This document shows positions 27,876-41,800 of a DNA stretch of 64,000 bases, in pieces. Positions within the stretch are counted from its first letter, which is position 1; each line of letters begins with the position of its first letter. Position numbers and translations under genes: made by a program. This DNA comes from Octopus sinensis (Eukaryota): NCBI RefSeq assembly GCF_006345805.1, contig NC_043006.1, positions 55,800,001 to 55,864,000 of the forward strand. Reading direction: 5' to 3'. The notes under the pieces were generated by a model. The model was not told the DNA's origin, made no database searches, and was given only the letters and a program-made list of their open reading frames with translations.

Positions 27876-28978
27876 CACGTACATACGTACATAAGCACAT
27901 GCTCACGCACACGTGTATCGTCTCTGAAAGGAGGCTTTCTAGGTCAGAGCAAAAGAAATAGAGTAGGTATATTGTTCTAAATTAAGAACTATTAACTGCT
28001 TAAGTGTTACTGCATTGTTTCATAAGTAACTAATCTTTCCATGCGGAAGTTTAGTCAAAGGCTCAAGAGACATTTCCAGCTTGAAGTGTATTGTCCCATC
28101 TGTTTTACACTATTCAAAAGACAGCATCGAATCAAAATAATTAAAAGATTTTTGGTAACATTAAAAATGAACCAAAATGAAATACCGAGGATGTTATCGT
28201 ATGCAAAGACCATAACAGCGTCGGGCTAAATGTCATGCTGCAAGAAATGCGGCGTGCCATTTTGTCCAACACTCCAACAATTCTGCCGATTGCGTGTGTT
28301 CATATGTTTTCTCATGTTTCAGCTTCAAATTTCGCTAGTTTCATTCATTGGACTGCAACCACGCTGGGGTACAACCTAGTAGTATTTAGTTGAACAAATG
28401 GACCTCAGCTTTCTTTTCAAGTCCTGTACTTATTCTATCGGCCTCTATCTGGTTTCATTATCATTGCCGCGCAATGATAATAAAACCGGAACCACGTGAT
28501 AGCAAAGCGAGTTTCTTAAACCACACAGTCAGGCCAGCACCTACGTCTTTCTGTCTGTCTATCCTGATAGCTAGCTATATTATATATGTGTGCGTATGGT
28601 GCAATCAGTATTTAATGGTGGCAAATATGAAAGAAAAAAAAAAAGCATTTCTTTGAAGTATAGTCATACGTCCTCAAATGTAAAAGGAATAGGCTGGTTT
28701 TGTAGTAGCATGTTCGTTTGATACGTATGTTATATCGACTCCTGGTGCATGAAATGCTGAGATGTCTCGGGCAGAAGTGGAATACAAAATGGAAGAGAAT
28801 AAGAATAAATACTTTAAATTTGTTTGTCTTTGGTCTTTCTCGTTTTAAATACTAGTTGGAAGTAGAAATAAAGCACAAGGTAAGAGTGCTGAAAATGGAA
28901 CGCAACGTTGATGAAGGTAAAGAATTCCAGATGAGATATCAAGAATTTGTTTCAATATATGAGTTACACAAACAGACA

Positions 28979-29076
<98 letters not shown>

Positions 29077-30056
29077 TTGTTGTGTGTGTGTGTGTGTGTG
29101 TACAGAGAGAAAGAGAGAGAAAGAGAAAGGGAGAGAGAGGAAGATAAAGATGGGGAGAGGAGTTTTAGAGAGATGGTGTAGAGGATAAGCAATTGCAGAA
29201 AGACAGAAACAAAACTAGCAAACAAATGCAATACACAAGGGAATTACAACAGACAGACGATAACCTTATGAAAGGGAAACAAGAGAGAAAACCACAATGT
29301 AGCGGCAGCAGCAGTGATGTTAACAATGTAACAACAACAACAAAATTCTACTGACTCTGATACAACGGCAATATTCTGTTATAACTCCTACACTATTTCT
29401 TCCCTAAAGGCATGACCTACTTGTTATTTCTTCTTACCAGGCAAACATTTACCTATATAGGTGAAGCCATCGTTCACATCCATTTTTACGTTACTACACT
29501 TCCAGTCTTGTATCTTGCTGCACTTAAACTCTTATCTTGCTTTACATACATCCTTATATTACTAGTTGTTCACCATTATTTAACTACAAAACAGCCGTCA
29601 TTACCATTCCAGCGAGAGACAGGTTCTCTTACCCCGCATAACAATACTTCAAGAAACCATACATCAAGTGCCGCAAAACAATACTTCAAGAAACCTTCAT
29701 ACATCAAGTGTTGACAGCTTAGTAACACAGTACAATCATTGCAAATACTAAACGAACTCATTATATATAGGCGCAGGAGTGCCTGTGTGGTAAGTAGCTA
29801 GCTTACCAACCACACGATTCCGGGTTCAGTCCCACTGCGTGGTACCTTGGGCAAGTGTTATATATATATATATAATCACAATGTGGACATTCAAACCTGA
29901 TATAGGGATATTTATCTAAGATACGCTGGTTTAAAATATTAAATTTTGAAGAGATAATCCGTCAATGAATATATATGTATGTGTATATATATATATGTAA
30001 ATACATATATATGTGATATATATATTCATATATATATATATGAATATATATATATA

Positions 30057-30109
<53 letters not shown>

Positions 30110-30369
30110 GTGTGTGTATATACATACATACACAAGCACACACACGCACACACACATACAAACGCACACACGCACATATGCATGTATGTATGTGTGTGTG
30201 TACTTTTCCGCACAATGCATCTATATGAAGGGACCTCTCAAGGCTAATACCGCAGTAGCCAGTGTTCTAACAAGGCCTTCCCGTTTAAGTTGGATATAAA
30301 TGTTGCCTTTGGGTACTGATACAGTTTCTGTGGCTAAATAAATAAATAAATAAATAAATAAATATATAC

Positions 30370-30446
<77 letters not shown>

Positions 30447-30657
30447 TATATATATATAAATATATATATATATATGTACATACATACACACGTGCATACA
30501 TTAATACAGACATATATACGTATGCATGTATCAAAAAGAAAGTGTTTAACGTGTTTAAGACGCAAAGTCACTAAGAACTACTTCTGAAAAGTTCAAAATC
30601 CAGGCACGGTCATAAATCTATAATGCTATTGTTTATGTAAATTTATACTTATGGACG

Positions 30658-30703
<46 letters not shown>

Positions 30704-31399
30704 CACACATACTCATACGCACACACTCATCCATTTGCTTTTGTTTTTCTTTTTGTTGGGCTAGTCTACGTATTGTGTTAAGTTACATCATTGTAAACCA
30801 AGTTTATGGGTACAATGTATTTATATATATACACATATACATAGACACATGTCCTTATATATTTTACGATTGTTTGTATTATGTATACATGTGTGTTTGT
30901 TTTTATGTGTGTATATATGCACGTAGGTGTATGTGTTGTGTACGTGCATATATATATGTGTGTGTGTGTATGTGTATATATGTAAATGTGTGTTTATGTG
31001 AGTTCAAAATGCCATCTGGCGAACGTCGAGTCGGCGCAAAACTTTAAATAATGGCAATATAAACATTCCCCACATACACATTCCCCCCACACACACAAGA
31101 ACCCATATATATTTATATGTACGTAAACTCTCTTTCTCCCTTCCTCTATCCCTCTTTCTCTCTCTTCCTCACCCACGCACACAATGCACACACATTTGCA
31201 CACATATCTATATGAATTTACGTGATGTTTTTTTTTGTATTGCTGCCGATAGTTATAAAAATGACGACGATGATGATGTGCGTGCATTTAAGCGTGCATC
31301 TGTGTAGCTTGCGTAAGTATGTGCGCAAATTAATTTTTCTTCGAGATGAATTAATTAAAAAAACGACTGTATATTTTGAAGAATAATATATATTATTTA

Positions 31400-31830
31400 T
31401 TCATTTAATGAATCATAACACCATGTTGAAGACATTGCCTTTTGTCAGTTTTAAAAATTTTATTTTCATTGACCCTTTTGCTCTGGCAGATGTTATTCCG
31501 ACACCATCCCAAAAGAGCAAGTCATATCCAATGGTCAAACGTCTTTGGGTTATTCCTTCTCCTTCAACTTTCAAACACCCTCTTTAGAATCCTTGCCGTT
31601 CCTAACATTGCTGTTTTTCTGCAACAGTTCCGTTCTGATGGTACTTCCTAGCTTCTCAAGTCATGCATCCGGATTGTTGGTAACTTCTCCCAGTGCACTA
31701 ACCACAACCGGTGCCACATCTATGTGCGTGATTCCCCGTTAGTTTCCGGATTTCCCACTTCAGCACCTCATATTTCTCCCCTTTCTCAATTTCATTCTAT
31801 TCATCCTGTGGTCCCACAGTGGAGCAATAT
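31400..31830 (-). mobile_element. R4/Dong-type LINE 3' fragment
   Basis: Reverse strand encodes VAPVVVSALGEVT and QKTAMLGTARILKRV-like C-terminal motifs. Confidence 0.7.
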
Positions 31831-32062
31831 TCTTCTTCTTCTTCTTCTTCTTCTTCTTCTTCTTCTTCTTCTTCTTCTTCTTCTTCTTCTTCTTCTTCTT
31901 CTTTCTTCTTCTTCTTCTCTTTCTTCTTCTTCTTCTTCTTCTTCTTCTTTCTTTCTTTTCTTCTTTCTTCCTCTCTTCTTCTTCTCTTCTTCCTACTTCT
32001 TCTTCTTCTTCTTCTCCTTCTTCTTCTTCTTCTCCTCCTCCTCCTCCTCCTCCTTCGTCTTC

Positions 32063-32115
<53 letters not shown>

Positions 32116-32157
32116 AATAATAATAATATTATTAATAATAATAATAATAATAATAAA
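31830..32157. repeat. (CTT)n/(CCT)n followed by (TAA)n
   Basis: Directly visible, at the junction of two oppositely oriented R4/Dong fragments. Confidence 0.97.
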
Positions 32158-33475
32158 TCGCATCGAGGCCATTAACATCCTGGAGCTTTCGGTAGTCCAA
32201 TATAGTTTCAACATCATTAACTGGAATCTTATAGAGCTCTAACGCCTGGGCAGGAAAACAAGAAAAATGCTTACTTGTTAGAACATGTACTACCCAAAAG
32301 CAGATGTTGAATTTTGTACCTACTTAGAAGTAATGGGGGAAGAGGAATGATGCAAGTAGAACTGTGCTATAAGATCTTCACAATAGCAATGAACAGGTAC
32401 TTATCTAGTACAGAAGACTGGACGCTGCAACATGTGTGCAAACACGAAAGCAGCAAAATGTCATTCGATTGTCAAGGAAGCTTGCAAATTCACAAGGGAA
32501 CTTGGCATTAACTCTGTAATAGTTGAAGAACCTGAAACCACTGACACAAAGCAAGCAAAATGGATCAAGCAGACTGCAAAAAAGAACGGGCAGAAACAAA
32601 TTGTGGGACGATGGAGCCAGAAATCTCTGCATGGATAGTATATACTTCGAAGTCGAAATGCTTATGTAGATCAAGGAACAACACACTAGTGGCTGAGAAG
32701 CTCAGGACTGAAAGCAGAAACTGAAGGTTTCATATTGGTGGCACAAGACCAAAGCATGCTCACAAAAAACTACCAGGTTAACGTTCTTCAAAATTGTTCT
32801 GACCCTAACTGCAGGTTCTACAAAACATTTGACGAAACAATAGACCATCTCGTCTCGGGATGTCCTGTGCTGACACCAAACGAATATAAAAATCGCCACG
32901 ATTGAGTAGGACAGTATTTACATTGGAAAATATGTAAACAATACAAAAGCAGTACTCCTACTTACTGGTACGTACATCATCCTGAGCCAGTCGTTGAAGG
33001 TAAAAGTGTCACTATCCTCTGGGATTTTCCAGTCAACACTGACAGAACCATCCAGGCTAATCAACCAGACTTAATTATCAAATACTGGGAAGAAAATACT
33101 TGTAGACTAATACAAGTTCCTACTGATAAAAACATGTGTCAAGGAATTTGACAAACTAAGTAAATATAAGGACCTGGAAATTGAAATACAAAAGATGCAG
33201 CATCTTAAAACGAGAACTGTTCCTGTTAGAGACATCTAGATAAGATCCCAGGAGAACCATGTCTCAGAGAAATCCAAAAGATTGTGCTGACAAGTACTGC
33301 CCACATCCTTAGAAAAACCCTGCCCATTTAAATGTATGTGTTGTACTACATGAAGATATTTCACTACCTTCTCAAGCTTTCAGTCACATCATAACATCTC
33401 TTATCTTTCACTTGCCCCAGGACGTTGGGGATGTTTCGGCAAGTGACTGTAACAAAGATGCAGATTAAAAGTAAA
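32158..33475 (+). mobile_element. R4/Dong-type LINE, 5'-truncated, after (TAA)n
   Basis: SGLKAETEGFILVAQDQS, ETIDHLVSGCPVL, VGQYLHW, ILWDFPVNTDRTIQANQPD, IQKIVLTSTAHILRK. Confidence 0.9.
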
Positions 33476-33480
33476 TGCTG

Positions 33481-33569
<89 letters not shown>

Positions 33570-33588
33570 GCTGCTGCTGCTGCTGCTG

Positions 33589-33658
<70 letters not shown>

Positions 33659-33659
33659 C

Positions 33660-33722
<63 letters not shown>

Positions 33723-33742
33723 ATAATAATAATAATGATAAT
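33476..33742. repeat. Alternating (CTA)n/(CTG)n trinucleotide blocks ending in (TAA)n
   Basis: Directly visible; follows the 3' end of an R4/Dong copy. Confidence 0.97.
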
Positions 33743-34239
33743 AAAAGATTGGATACAACAAATATCCTGCTCAAAACCGCAGATTTGTTTGTTAGCTGTT
33801 TGACCTTAACCAGTTGAACGTGTCCCTTAGTTGTTGACGATATGTGCATCTTTGATCAGCAGCAGGGGTAGTGAGGAAGCATCATACTCATGTGTTGAGA
33901 GGAATTTTTTTGGGGGGTGTTGAATAATTCACTTCTGGAAGCATGGGTCTTTCGTTCATCATCCTTAAACAACTCTTATTCAGAGACCTTTTGAGTGGGA
34001 TGGGTTACTCAACCTGAGAAAATTCCTAGTATGGCCCCACGAGCAAGGGCATGCGTTGTTTATCTTGATACAAGTTTACCATGTTTCGCACATATGGTTG
34101 TGATGCATGTACCTGGTGTACCCTCATCAGACGAGTAGTCATGATGGGTATATTGGGCTTTGTATATTTGCATCCCAGTATCACTTTGATGGCATACATC
34201 GCTGTCACTCAACGACAACAATAATAATGGTTTCTAATG

Positions 34240-35072
34240 TTGGCACAAGGCCAGCAATTTTGCGGGAGGAGTAAGTCGATTACATCGACCCCAATACTCG
34301 TCTGGCACTTATTCTATCGACTCTGGAATTTCAACTCGGAACGTGAAGGCGGACGATATGGTGCTAAGCATTTTGTCCGGCGTGTAAACGATGCTGCCAG
34401 TTCACTGCCTTGAAAAATAAACAAAGACATGACATGATAGAGTTTGGCCAATATCCACACTGGTTAACAAGTCGGCATTATAAAATCAAATCTGTTGCAA
34501 TGTGGTACAAACGTCACTCTGAGGCTGTAACTGATGGAGACAACGTAACGATGCTTTGAGACTTTCCTGTACATACAGATAGAACCACTCAAGCTAATAA
34601 ACCGGATATTGTTGTAAAAGGCCAAAATAATGGTTTCAAATTTTCTCACAAGGGTTACAATTTGGGGGTAGGGGATGTGTTAATTACATCGACGCCAGCG
34701 TTCGACTGGTATTTAATTTATCGACCCCGAAAGGATGAAAGGCAAGGTCGACCTCGGCGGAATTTGAATTCAAAATGTAGCAATGGGCGAAATACTGCTA
34801 AGCATTTCGTCTAGCGCGCTAACGATACTGCCAGCTCGCTGCCTTTAAAAATAAATAACCCTTTCTATTATAGGCATAAAGCCTGAAAGTTGGAGGAGAG
34901 GGATAGTCGATTAAGTCGATAGAAGAACTCAACTGGTACTTAATTTATCGACCCCGAAAAAATGAATGGCAAGGTCGACCTCAGGGGAATTTGAGCTCAG
35001 AACGTAGCGACGGGCGAAATGCCACTAAGCATTTCGTCCAACGCGCAAACGATACTGATAGCTTACCGCCTT
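34240..35072 (-). mobile_element. Cluster of three family A SINE copies (~34240-34410, ~34635-34845, ~34865-35072)
   Basis: Repeated tcgaccccgaaaggatgaaaggcaaggtcgacctcggcggaatttga cores. Further copies at about 14330-14520, 16470-16650, 25320-25500, 36185-36690, 40803-40920, 55950-56130 and 57090-57300. Confidence 0.85.
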
Positions 35073-35460
35073 GAAAAATAAATGGCAAAGACATGACGTG
35101 TCAGAGTTTGGCCAATATCCACACTTGTTAATATGTCGGCATTATAAAAACAAAACTGTTGTCAATGGTATAAACATCATTCCGAGGCTGTAGGTGATGG
35201 AGACAACGTAACGATACTTTGGGACTTCCCTGTACATACAGACAGAACCACCCAAGCTAATAAACTGGATATTGTTTTAAAAGACTAAAATAATAAAGTC
35301 TGTTCGTTGATTGATATCAGTTCCCCTTGTGTATATAATATTGCAGCAAAAGAATTTGACAAGCTCAGAAAACATAAAGATTTGATCGTTGCAATTATAA
35401 ACAAAAAAAAAAGGCATTTCATGGCGATTACAATCCGATACAATACCATTGATTATAGGA
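34425..35460 (+). mobile_element. Two R4/Dong-type endonuclease fragments (~34425-34630 and ~35085-35460) separated by SINEs
   Basis: Repeated RHDRV(G)QY.H..., WDFPVHTDRTTQANK.DIV and LIDIS..IAAKEFDKL, similar to 43071-43600. Confidence 0.75.
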
Positions 35461-35654
35461 ACACTAGGAATAATAATAATAATAATAATAATCTAATAAT
35501 AATAATGATACGATGATGATATGATGATATGATGATGATGATGATAAATAATAATATAATAATAATAATAATGATGATGTGATGAATGATAACAATAATA
35601 ATAATAATAATAATATAATAATAATAATAATAATATTAATAATATAATAATAAT

Positions 35655-36165
35655 ATGGTATAGTACACACCAGAAAAGGTCACAGAAAACGAGAAAGCCC
35701 CTACTCGGGATATGCCGATACACACAGATAGAGAAATTAGGCCAACAGGCCAGATATAGTTTGTCAGAGATCATGAAGAAAAAAAATGCTTTCTAAATTG
35801 ATGTAATCAATACCGGCTGATGACAACGTCTCTCTAAAAGAAATGGAGAAACTCCAAAATACAAATACCTGAAATAGAGGTAACCAGAATGTGGAATCTG
35901 AAAACATAAACAATTCCTATCATAGTAGGTGATTAGACATGAATAAAAACATATTCAGACAAATACATACAAAAACACCAGGACTTACAAAACATTAACA
36001 TACAGAAATTGCACTACTAGCACTGCAACCATCCTCCTAACGCAGAACACTTTCCCTACATAATACCATCTGCAGCATCACAAACAAATCACACACATAC
36101 CCAGGCACCAGAGCTGCGTTCGGTAGTGAAGTGAAAGCACACTATAAAAATAAAACTACTGAATA
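35655..36165 (+). mobile_element. R4/Dong-type LINE 3' end between (TAA)n tracts
   Basis: Close copy of 45160-45668, ending gctgcg.tcggtagtgaagtgaaagcac..tataaaaataaaactactgaataataat. Confidence 0.85.
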
Positions 36166-37093
36166 ATAATAATAATAATAAACAACCAGTCGATTACATC
36201 GACTCCAGTGTTTCACTGGTACTTAATTCATCGGCCTCGAAAGGATGAAAGGCAAAGTCAACCCCGGCAGAATTTGAACTCTGAGAGTAGCAACGGGCGA
36301 AATACCGCTATGCATTTCGTCCCGCGTGCTAACCATAGTTCCAGCTTGTGTGCCTACCTTTTTAAAGGCACAATACCTGAAATTTGGTGGGAGGAGACTA
36401 GTCGATTACATCGACCACTGTCTTTCGCTGGTACTTAATTTATCAACCCCGAAAGGATGAAAGGCAAAGTTGAGCTCGGCGGTGGGCTCGTAGAATCGTT
36501 AACTCGCCCGGCAAAATTCTCAGCAATATTTCGTTCATCTTTACATTCTGAAGATTTACACCGATGTTGACTTTCCCATTCATCTTATCGGGGTCTATAA
36601 AATCAGTACCAGTTCATCACAGGGGTAATGTAACCGACTTAACTTCTGCCCCGAAACTGTACGCCTTGTGTCAAAAATTTGAAACTGACATTCTTCTTTA
36701 GCTAGGTTGCTACTTTCTGCAATTTATTATCAGAGCAGTTCTTTATTATTTGTCAAATTCCTGCTTATTTTACTTTGAGACATGCTACAATTTTGCTGTG
36801 ATAATTTTGTGTTGCAAGCGTGGAGAAAGAAAAAAAAATATTTTGGATTTTAATTCACTCGTAAGTAGTGACATCTTCGTGTTAAATTAAGCAAACTGCT
36901 GTGTTTGGGTATACGTACAATGTGACAAATATTTTGGAAACGATAACTTTAGGTGATGAGAAGGTCATACAAGCACTAAACAGGAAATACTGTACACATT
37001 CTATAGTTATTGTTTTTTCATAAGTTAAATTACTTCGTTTAATTATAAGATCCAAAATCACATACATCCATGTCTATATATTATATATATATT

Positions 37094-37145
<52 letters not shown>

Positions 37146-37193
37146 AAAATAAGACAAGGTAGATAATACTAAAATGATTTTATCAAGAAACAT

Positions 37194-37232
37194 TTAGTAC
37201 CGGTTTCAGTCATTGCGACTTTTTCAACTTAG
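37194..37232 (-). ncRNA. Minimal hammerhead motif (U3:A8 core) next to (TA)n
   Basis: Reverse strand: ctaag TTGAAAA agtc-gcaat-gact GAAA CCG GTA ctaa. Stem III is the palindrome ACCGGT; stem I is imperfect. Confidence 0.6.
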
Positions 37233-37554
37233 AGTAAAGTATGAAAAACAATTAAATTGTGGAAAAATTAAATGAAATTAAATGAAATGTTTTTTTAAAA
37301 ATATATTTCCATATTTTCAAATGCGAGGGACATTTTCGTTTTTCTGCCTCTCTCTCTCTCTTTCTCTCTCTTTTTTTTTTACATCTGTGGGTTCTAACTG
37401 GAACCGTTACTAAAATGTTCTTCATAATAAAACTTATTTTCCTCATACATATCAACTCGTGTGTTCCTTTTCAATCTTCTACACACACACACAGATACAA
37501 CACACACACACACGCACACGCACACTCACACACACACACACACACGCACGCGCG

Positions 37555-37591
<37 letters not shown>

Positions 37592-37943
37592 ACACACACA
37601 CATATATCTGTGATGCCTCAGCATGGCTTTTGCCGTAGGGCTGAAACGTATAAAAGAATAAAAGAATACACACATATTGTTAAAATAAATCATTTATACA
37701 TTAATTTCCAAATGAATTACTTTACATTATCATAATAATGTCTGTATATGCGTAGGATTTTGTGGGATGGTGGTACATGTGAGTTTGTGAGTGTATGTAT
37801 ATGTGAGTACATGGTGTGTATATAAAGACGGCACATGTTTGCAGTGAATGAATGTGCATTCTTTTGTAGATGGAATAAGATCGGGAGAATAAGAATTTAA
37901 AACAAATGAAAGACAATAATATAACAAAGCAAAGTAAACTTAC

Positions 37944-39433
37944 CCCGACTTAGAAAAGTTTGCAAAAAGACTTGTCGTCCTTTTTGTTACTAAATTTCCT
38001 TCTTTTGAATAATTTTTTCCAGATAACGTTTGAGCAAATAGGAATTCAATCTCATACCCATGCATCACACCAGCCCATTCCGGCCAAGGATTTAATCTCG
38101 ATCGAAATTCGAAAGAATACATATAAACTTTGGCATGTTTGCTGTATTCCTGGGCAAATTCGATAACAGGACATTTAAATTTGACATCTCCTGATGCTTG
38201 GTCCAATATGTATCTGTATTTTTCAGTTTCAGAAGAGCCGTAGACATGAGAACCATAAAGATAAGATATTAAATCCAACTGCACAGAATTTGCGCGTAAC
38301 GGTGCGATTACCTTATTAATCAATTTGCCTGCGGTAGATTTGTTTATCGGAACAGTTCCTTTCAAGGGGAAATATTTCGGTAGATCATAGATAAGAAAAT
38401 AGGTTCCTTCGTTTGTGACATAGCCAAGTAACACATCCTTTTTCTGTGGTTCATTTTTCAGAGATTCTATTGGTTTCTGTGTCAAGAAAGCGCCGTCAAC
38501 AATAGGGCTTAAAGTATAAGGTAGGAAACTATCTAAATTATGAAACTGCGCGTTTGCAAGTTTATGAGCATCAGCTTCTAGAAAGCAATCTATCATCGAT
38601 GTAGTATTCTCGGTTGGACACTTAAGGAAATCAGCCATCGCTTTCGCTCTTTCAATGTTTTTCTCTACAGGCACAGTTGCCCACGTTGCTGTTGCCGAAC
38701 CACTCATCATAATAGCATTCCTGAAAAGCCTCTGAGAAAGTGGGGAAACGACGTGCAGACTAACTGATCCAGAACCAGCACTTTCTCCAAATAGTGTCAG
38801 TTTTTTAGGATCGCCACCGAACGATAAAATGTTATCACGAATCCATTGTATAGCAAGGGTTTGATCTAATAATCCCATGTTACCGGGAGCACGTACGTTA
38901 TTCAAGGAAAGGAAACCAAATGGTCCTAATCTATAATTTAGTGATGCAACGATGACATTTTCACTAGCAGCTAACCATCGTCCATCATATATATCCAGCG
39001 TGCTTGATCCAGACATAAATGCACCTCCAAATATCCAAATCATGGTAGCTAACTGTGAACGAGACTTTCTTGCTTCTGATGGCGCCCAAATGTTCAAATA
39101 AAGACAATCTTCGCTCATAACAGTATTTGGATTCCACATTTCTGCACCTTCAAAGTCCCCGAATGTAGTGTCTTTAACTTGTACACACGACGAAACATAT
39201 TTCTTTGTTTCTTTCACACCAGACCATGGTCTAGCTGGTTGAGGATGTCTAAATCTTAGATTACCAACGGGAGGTCGAGCAAATGGTATTCCAAGAAAGA
39301 CATCAACTTCAACACCTTGAATTAAAACTGTTGATCCTTTAATCTTACCTTTATTAGTTTGAATAATCGGGTCTTCTGCATGGACGTAAATTTTTAACAG
39401 AAAAATTATGAAAATATATTTCAGTCCTTCCAT
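37944..39433 (-). CDS. ACHE: Cholinesterase (acetylcholinesterase-like), first coding exon: signal peptide plus most of the alpha/beta-hydrolase domain
   Basis: 497-aa ORF with hydrophobic N-terminus and the motifs FLGIPFARPPVGNLRF, EMWNPN (Trp84 equivalent), SEDCLYLNIW, FGESAG (catalytic Ser at 38780-38782), NEGTYF (Glu) and GVMHGYEIEF (His). It ends at NFSKSG with GG|GTAAGT, so the track's TAA belongs to the splice donor. A polypyrimidine+CAG acceptor at 39464-39466 lies 30 nt upstream of the ATG. The symbol is family-level; orthology is not established. Confidence 0.95.
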
Positions 39434-39710
39434 GATATGAATGGTTCAAATGATGACGAAACTCTGAAGAAAAAAGAAAAAGAAACAGAAGTTTATTATA
39501 AGAACCAATTTGGTTGTCTTCATGTCAATGTAGCTTAATTTTCAGTTAACTTCGAATGTCAGACTTATATCACAGTAAAAACGTGTTTGGAGAATATGAT
39601 AGATAAATAGTAGCCTCATCACAAGGCGTGTTAGAAAGCAAAGTTTACTTTAGAATAATTTAATACCAAATGTGGAGACTGATGTTATAGAAAGCATTTT
39701 AAACAATTAT

Positions 39711-39761
<51 letters not shown>

Positions 39762-40131
39762 ACCCATCGATTGCGAACATAACGAGTCTGATATAGTTAT
39801 CTGACAGTAATGAAGAGTCATGTACAGTCATAGAGGCTAGCTGCTCTGAGATGTGAATACTTCTTGCTTGCTTCTGGAGTACTTGACTTTACATGGGAAT
39901 TTAAGCGGTGTTGTGCAAGGTATAACTGACATTGTTAACAGACATTATCTTCAACATCTAGGATAGGATAATTTGTCAGCGATGGCCATACTCATCAACG
40001 AGTGGCAGCCATCATGTATATCCATACATAGATATTATACATCCACACATGCACAATGTATCTGAGTGCGTGTGTTGTGTGTGTGTGTGTTGTGTGTGTG
40101 TGTGTGTGTGTGTGTGCGTGCGTGAGTGTGC

Positions 40132-40162
<31 letters not shown>

Positions 40163-41404
40163 TGAGTGTGTGTGTGTGAGTGTGTGAATGTCGGTATGTG
40201 TGTAAAATTTAGAACTAGAAGTCAATAATAAAGGACACGGAATGAGGTTGTATGTTGAGAAGAATATTATGTACTACTTTATATTACATTACGTTATATT
40301 AAAATAAGAATGATTCGTTACAGCTGGCCATATGTTTCACTCTATATGAGCTTAACAAATAAATGAGATATTTAGTCAGCTGTTGGAGTTTATAGGTTAT
40401 TTTAATATAACCCATATTTTTTTGTAATTTTAAGAACTAAATCTTTCCCCATTCTTTTGATAAGATCGTGTAGTGTGAAGCTTATAGCCACACATAACAG
40501 ATAACTTTAATTTAAATGCTATACATACTATATGTATTTGCGCATATATATATATTCATTCCTCATTTTGACTTACAACACTGATACTGTTGCTACTGTT
40601 TTCATCCATGGATTGTATTTTGATAATAGACATTTATATAACGTTAGGTCAGGTTTCATTTTACCATGTAAAACAGTACAACTACTTTTATCACTGGGTG
40701 GCAGTAACTAAAACCATTTACTCGTTACATAATTTTCTCGATAGTGAACGAGATTAAAATAAAATCTGTGAAAAAAGTGGAAAAGCCTCCATACAATCTA
40801 CCTATTTCTTTACTACCCACAAGGGGATAAACACAGAGAGGACAAACAAGGACAGACAAACGGATTAAGTCGATTACATCGTCCCCAGTGCGTAACTGGT
40901 ACTTAATTTATCGACCCCCGAAACTGCGATCCTATGACCGCGAGTCCGCTGCCCTAACCACTGGGCCATTGCGCCTCCGAACCTGTGATTATACTTGGGT
41001 CTACCAAATTCCACTCACAAGGTATCGCTCAACAAATGGCAAAGGTAGAAGGCATTGCTCAGTGCACCGTGCTGTGTCATCAAATTTGAAATCATGTACT
41101 TTCAAGGCAAACATCTCACCCTTGTGCTTCTGGTTTCTCTTGTCGATATTTACGCTTTTTTAGATTTGAAATGATGCAAAATGAATGTCTTGGCAATGTA
41201 TAAAGTTTAGTACCGATTACAGGGGACACGAATAGTAGCATTTTGTGATACCTTGTGGAATCATCCGATTTGATGCAATCATATGAATACTTCATGAATA
41301 CATCATTAAAATATTTCACTTCATCAGAATAGAAGTACATATTTATCTGAAAGTGCCAGAAACTTTTCGGAACCGGTTAAATGTTTGATTATATTTACTC
41401 TTTT

Positions 41405-41800
41405 TTTTTTCTTGTTTCAGTCATTTGACTGTGGCCATGCTGGAGCACCGCCTTTTAGTCGAGCAAATCGACCCCAGGACTTATTCTCTGTAAGCCTAGT
41501 ACTTATTCTATCGGTCTCTCTTTGCCGAACTGCTAAGTTACGGGGACGTAAACACACCAGCATCGGTTGTCAAGCGATGTTGGGGGACAAACACAGACAC
41601 ACAAACACACACACATACATATACATACATATATACGACGGGCTTCTTTCAGTTTCCGTCAACCAAATCCACTCACAAGGCTTTGGTGGGCCCGAAGCTA
41701 TAGTAGAAGACACTTGCCCAAGGTGCCACGTAGTGGGACTGAACCCTGAACCATGTGGTCGGTAAGCAAGCTACTTACCACACAGCCACTCCTACGCCTA
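41405..41800 (-). mobile_element. SINE family B, full length
   Basis: Reverse complement of the 11287-11692 family. Confidence 0.9.

Noticed and set aside
29640-29712. Short tandem duplication (others at ~42166-42207 and ~52893-52945)
   Set aside because: Two-copy local duplications in eukaryotic DNA with no spacer array or cas genes; not CRISPR.
34073-34135. Minus-strand CTGATGA...GAAACATGGTA
   Set aside because: No stem I and no proper closure of stem II; probably a chance match inside a repeat.
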